DNA from: Arenicellales bacterium
Lineage (GTDB): Bacteria; Pseudomonadota; Gammaproteobacteria; Arenicellales; JAANXG01
Reading direction: 5' to 3'
Assembly: GCA_030066885.1 (NCBI GenBank)
Contig: JASJAT010000052.1
Location: 1 to 60,405, forward strand
DNA: 60,405 nt
The notes under the pieces are model-generated. The model saw nothing but the letters and a program-made list of their open reading frames with translations, was not told the origin of the DNA and ran no database searches. Positions 58,858 to 60,405 of the stretch are shown here, piece after piece (position 1 is the stretch's first letter; the number at the start of each line of letters is the position of its first letter). The translations under genes and the position numbers were made by a program.

Positions 58858-60245
58858 CGAATATCTCCCTGAGCCTCGGCGGCTGTTGGTTGTTTGTGAT
58901 TAACGAGCTCGCGCTCAACCTGCTCAGCCACTTCCGATATCGACGCCGCAAAGCGACGTACCATCTCTGCCAGCTCTTCTTCGGTGGTAACAAAAGGCGG
59001 GGCAAATAGGCTTTGGTCTCCCGCATACCCGTCTCCGGTGGGTTGTGTAGACAGCACGATGAGTCCATTCTTACCCGCGGTCTTGTCGATTCGGCCGGCA
59101 ACACCCAGTTCACGAGGCAGAAAAGACTGCCCGTCTCGAGGATCGACATAGTCAACACCCAGTAAAAAACCGTGTCCCCGTACTTCACCAACGAGATTGA
59201 TCCCAGCCAGCGCCGCTTCGAGCTCCTCCCGCAGTACAGGACCACGTGAAGCAACCCTTTCTACCAAGCTTTCAGAACGTAACGCGTTAATCACGGCCAC
59301 GCCCACCGCACAGGACAAGGGAGCCCCATCCCAGGTGTGACCCAGCGAAAAAACTTGGGAGCCTTGGGCAAACGCGTTGTAGACAGACTCCTGACATAAA
59401 ACTGCTCCGATCGCAGTGTAGCCCGCACCCAGACCTTTCGCAGTTGCGATGATGTCAGGCAGCAGGGGCAAACCTTCGGCTGCAAACCAGCGACCGGTTC
59501 GGCCGATACCAGTGACGATCTCGTCGAAACAAACCAGGAATCCATGACGCTCCCGTCGCTCTGCCAAACCCTCCCAGAAGCGGCTCGGAGGTGAATAAGC
59601 CGGCAACGCCGCTGCACTGATCGGTTCGCAGTAAAACGCCGATACTGTCTCAGGCCCAGCCTCTTCCAGCGCCTGATCCAGCGCCTGCAAAGCAGCTTCC
59701 CCGGTAGGGTCGAAGCGCTTTGTGCACGGTGGGATGTGCAAATGCCGGCTGAGATAAGGCCCGAATGGTCCTTGCAGACCCGGCCGCCCCGTCAAAGCCA
59801 ATGTTGCCATGGTCGGTCCATGATATGCCTGTGCCGGCGATATGACCTGCCATCGCTGTGTCTCTCCGCGTTCGACGTGATACGCTCGAGCCATCCTTAG
59901 CGCAGTCTCATTTGCTTCGGCACCACCGGTAACGAAACGCACCCGGCTAAATCCCTCTGGTGCGACCTCAACCAACTCCTGGGCCAGCCGTTCCTGCCAC
60001 GGGTTGGTAAGCCGTTCATTATGGACATAGCTGAGCTGTTGTGCCTGCTGGCGCGCCGCGTCGATCAGATCGCGCCGCCCGTGGCCTAGTGTTGCCGCCA
60101 TCGAACCACCGCTCATGGCATCGAGGTAACGTTGCCCCGTTGAATCCTCTACCCATGCACCTTCGCCCCGCACGACGACAGGGTATGGATGGCTCAGGTC
60201 CAACGGAAGAACAGACGTGTGTGCGCTGTCAACCACTGATGTCAT
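58854..60245 (-). CDS. class III PLP aminotransferase (copy 1)
   Basis: AYHGPT, CEPI, FDEIVTGIGRTG, TAKGLGAGY, GHTW; AGGAG RBS. Confidence 0.92.
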   Translation of the reverse strand: MTSVVDSAHTSVLPLDLSHPYPVVVRGEGAWVEDSTGQRYLDAMSGGSMAATLGHGRRDLIDAARQQAQQLSYVHNERLTNPWQERLAQELVEVAPEGFSRVRFVTGGAEANETALRMARAYHVERGETQRWQVISPAQAYHGPTMATLALTGRPGLQGPFGPYLSRHLHIPPCTKRFDPTGEAALQALDQALEEAGPETVSAFYCEPISAAALPAYSPPSRFWEGLAERRERHGFLVCFDEIVTGIGRTGRWFAAEGLPLLPDIIATAKGLGAGYTAIGAVLCQESVYNAFAQGSQVFSLGHTWDGAPLSCAVGVAVINALRSESLVERVASRGPVLREELEAALAGINLVGEVRGHGFLLGVDYVDPRDGQSFLPRELGVAGRIDKTAGKNGLIVLSTQPTGDGYAGDQSLFAPPFVTTEEELAEMVRRFAASISEVAEQVERELVNHKQPTAAEAQGDIR

Positions 60246-60405
60246 TGAAAATGGCTCCTTTAATACTTACAGAATCTCTGAATTATTCGTCTATTTCGAA
60301 CAAATGTGAAACGATCTAACTGAGCTAAAAGTACAAAGTGGAAAGTATAAAGTGAAATAACTAAACCTAAAGTCCTTATTGAAAACTGGGTTCTTTAGAC
60401 TTTTA

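Overview
A 60-kb, gene-dense bacterial chromosomal segment. The gene content suggests a marine, sulfur-metabolising gammaproteobacterium (inference only). From left to right it contains: a PHA cluster (phaP-phaC-bktB, a decayed phaB relic, and a FabG-like SDR sharing a PhaR-type operator with phaP); the AprM-type APS reductase operon aprMBA followed by a TPR gene; and a mosaic accessory zone. That zone holds a DUF1326 gene, an M24 hydrolase, a sigma54-preceded LipJ-like cyclase, a GC-rich TRAP transporter, several pseudogene relics, a serine protease, a beta-carbonic anhydrase, glycosylation genes, a Sel1 gene, a degenerate HD-GYP gene and a GcvT/DMG-oxidase-family flavoprotein. Next is a Na+/pH/oxidative-stress block (DUF533, Ca2+/Na+ antiporter, exported katG directly upstream of mrpEFGBCDDD, divergent nhaR). 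The window ends with a DRG-like GTPase, pcm, a DddP-like enzyme, a second glycosylation locus and a gamma-glutamylation operon with twin class III aminotransferases. The most interesting signals are absent from the ORF track. (i) Two paralogous 33- and 39-aa membrane micro-proteins (DVKSGWILxAxxxLGxVxLTL*) lie 16.5 kb apart and differ largely at synonymous sites. (ii) A duplicated LysR/NhaR-type promoter architecture brackets the stress block and precedes small unannotated ORFs. (iii) A phaB relic is present, apparently replaced by a PhaR-boxed SDR that is probably NAD(H)-dependent. No CRISPR array, rRNA, intact tRNA, transposase or integrase was seen. All assignments come from reading motifs by eye; no database search was run.
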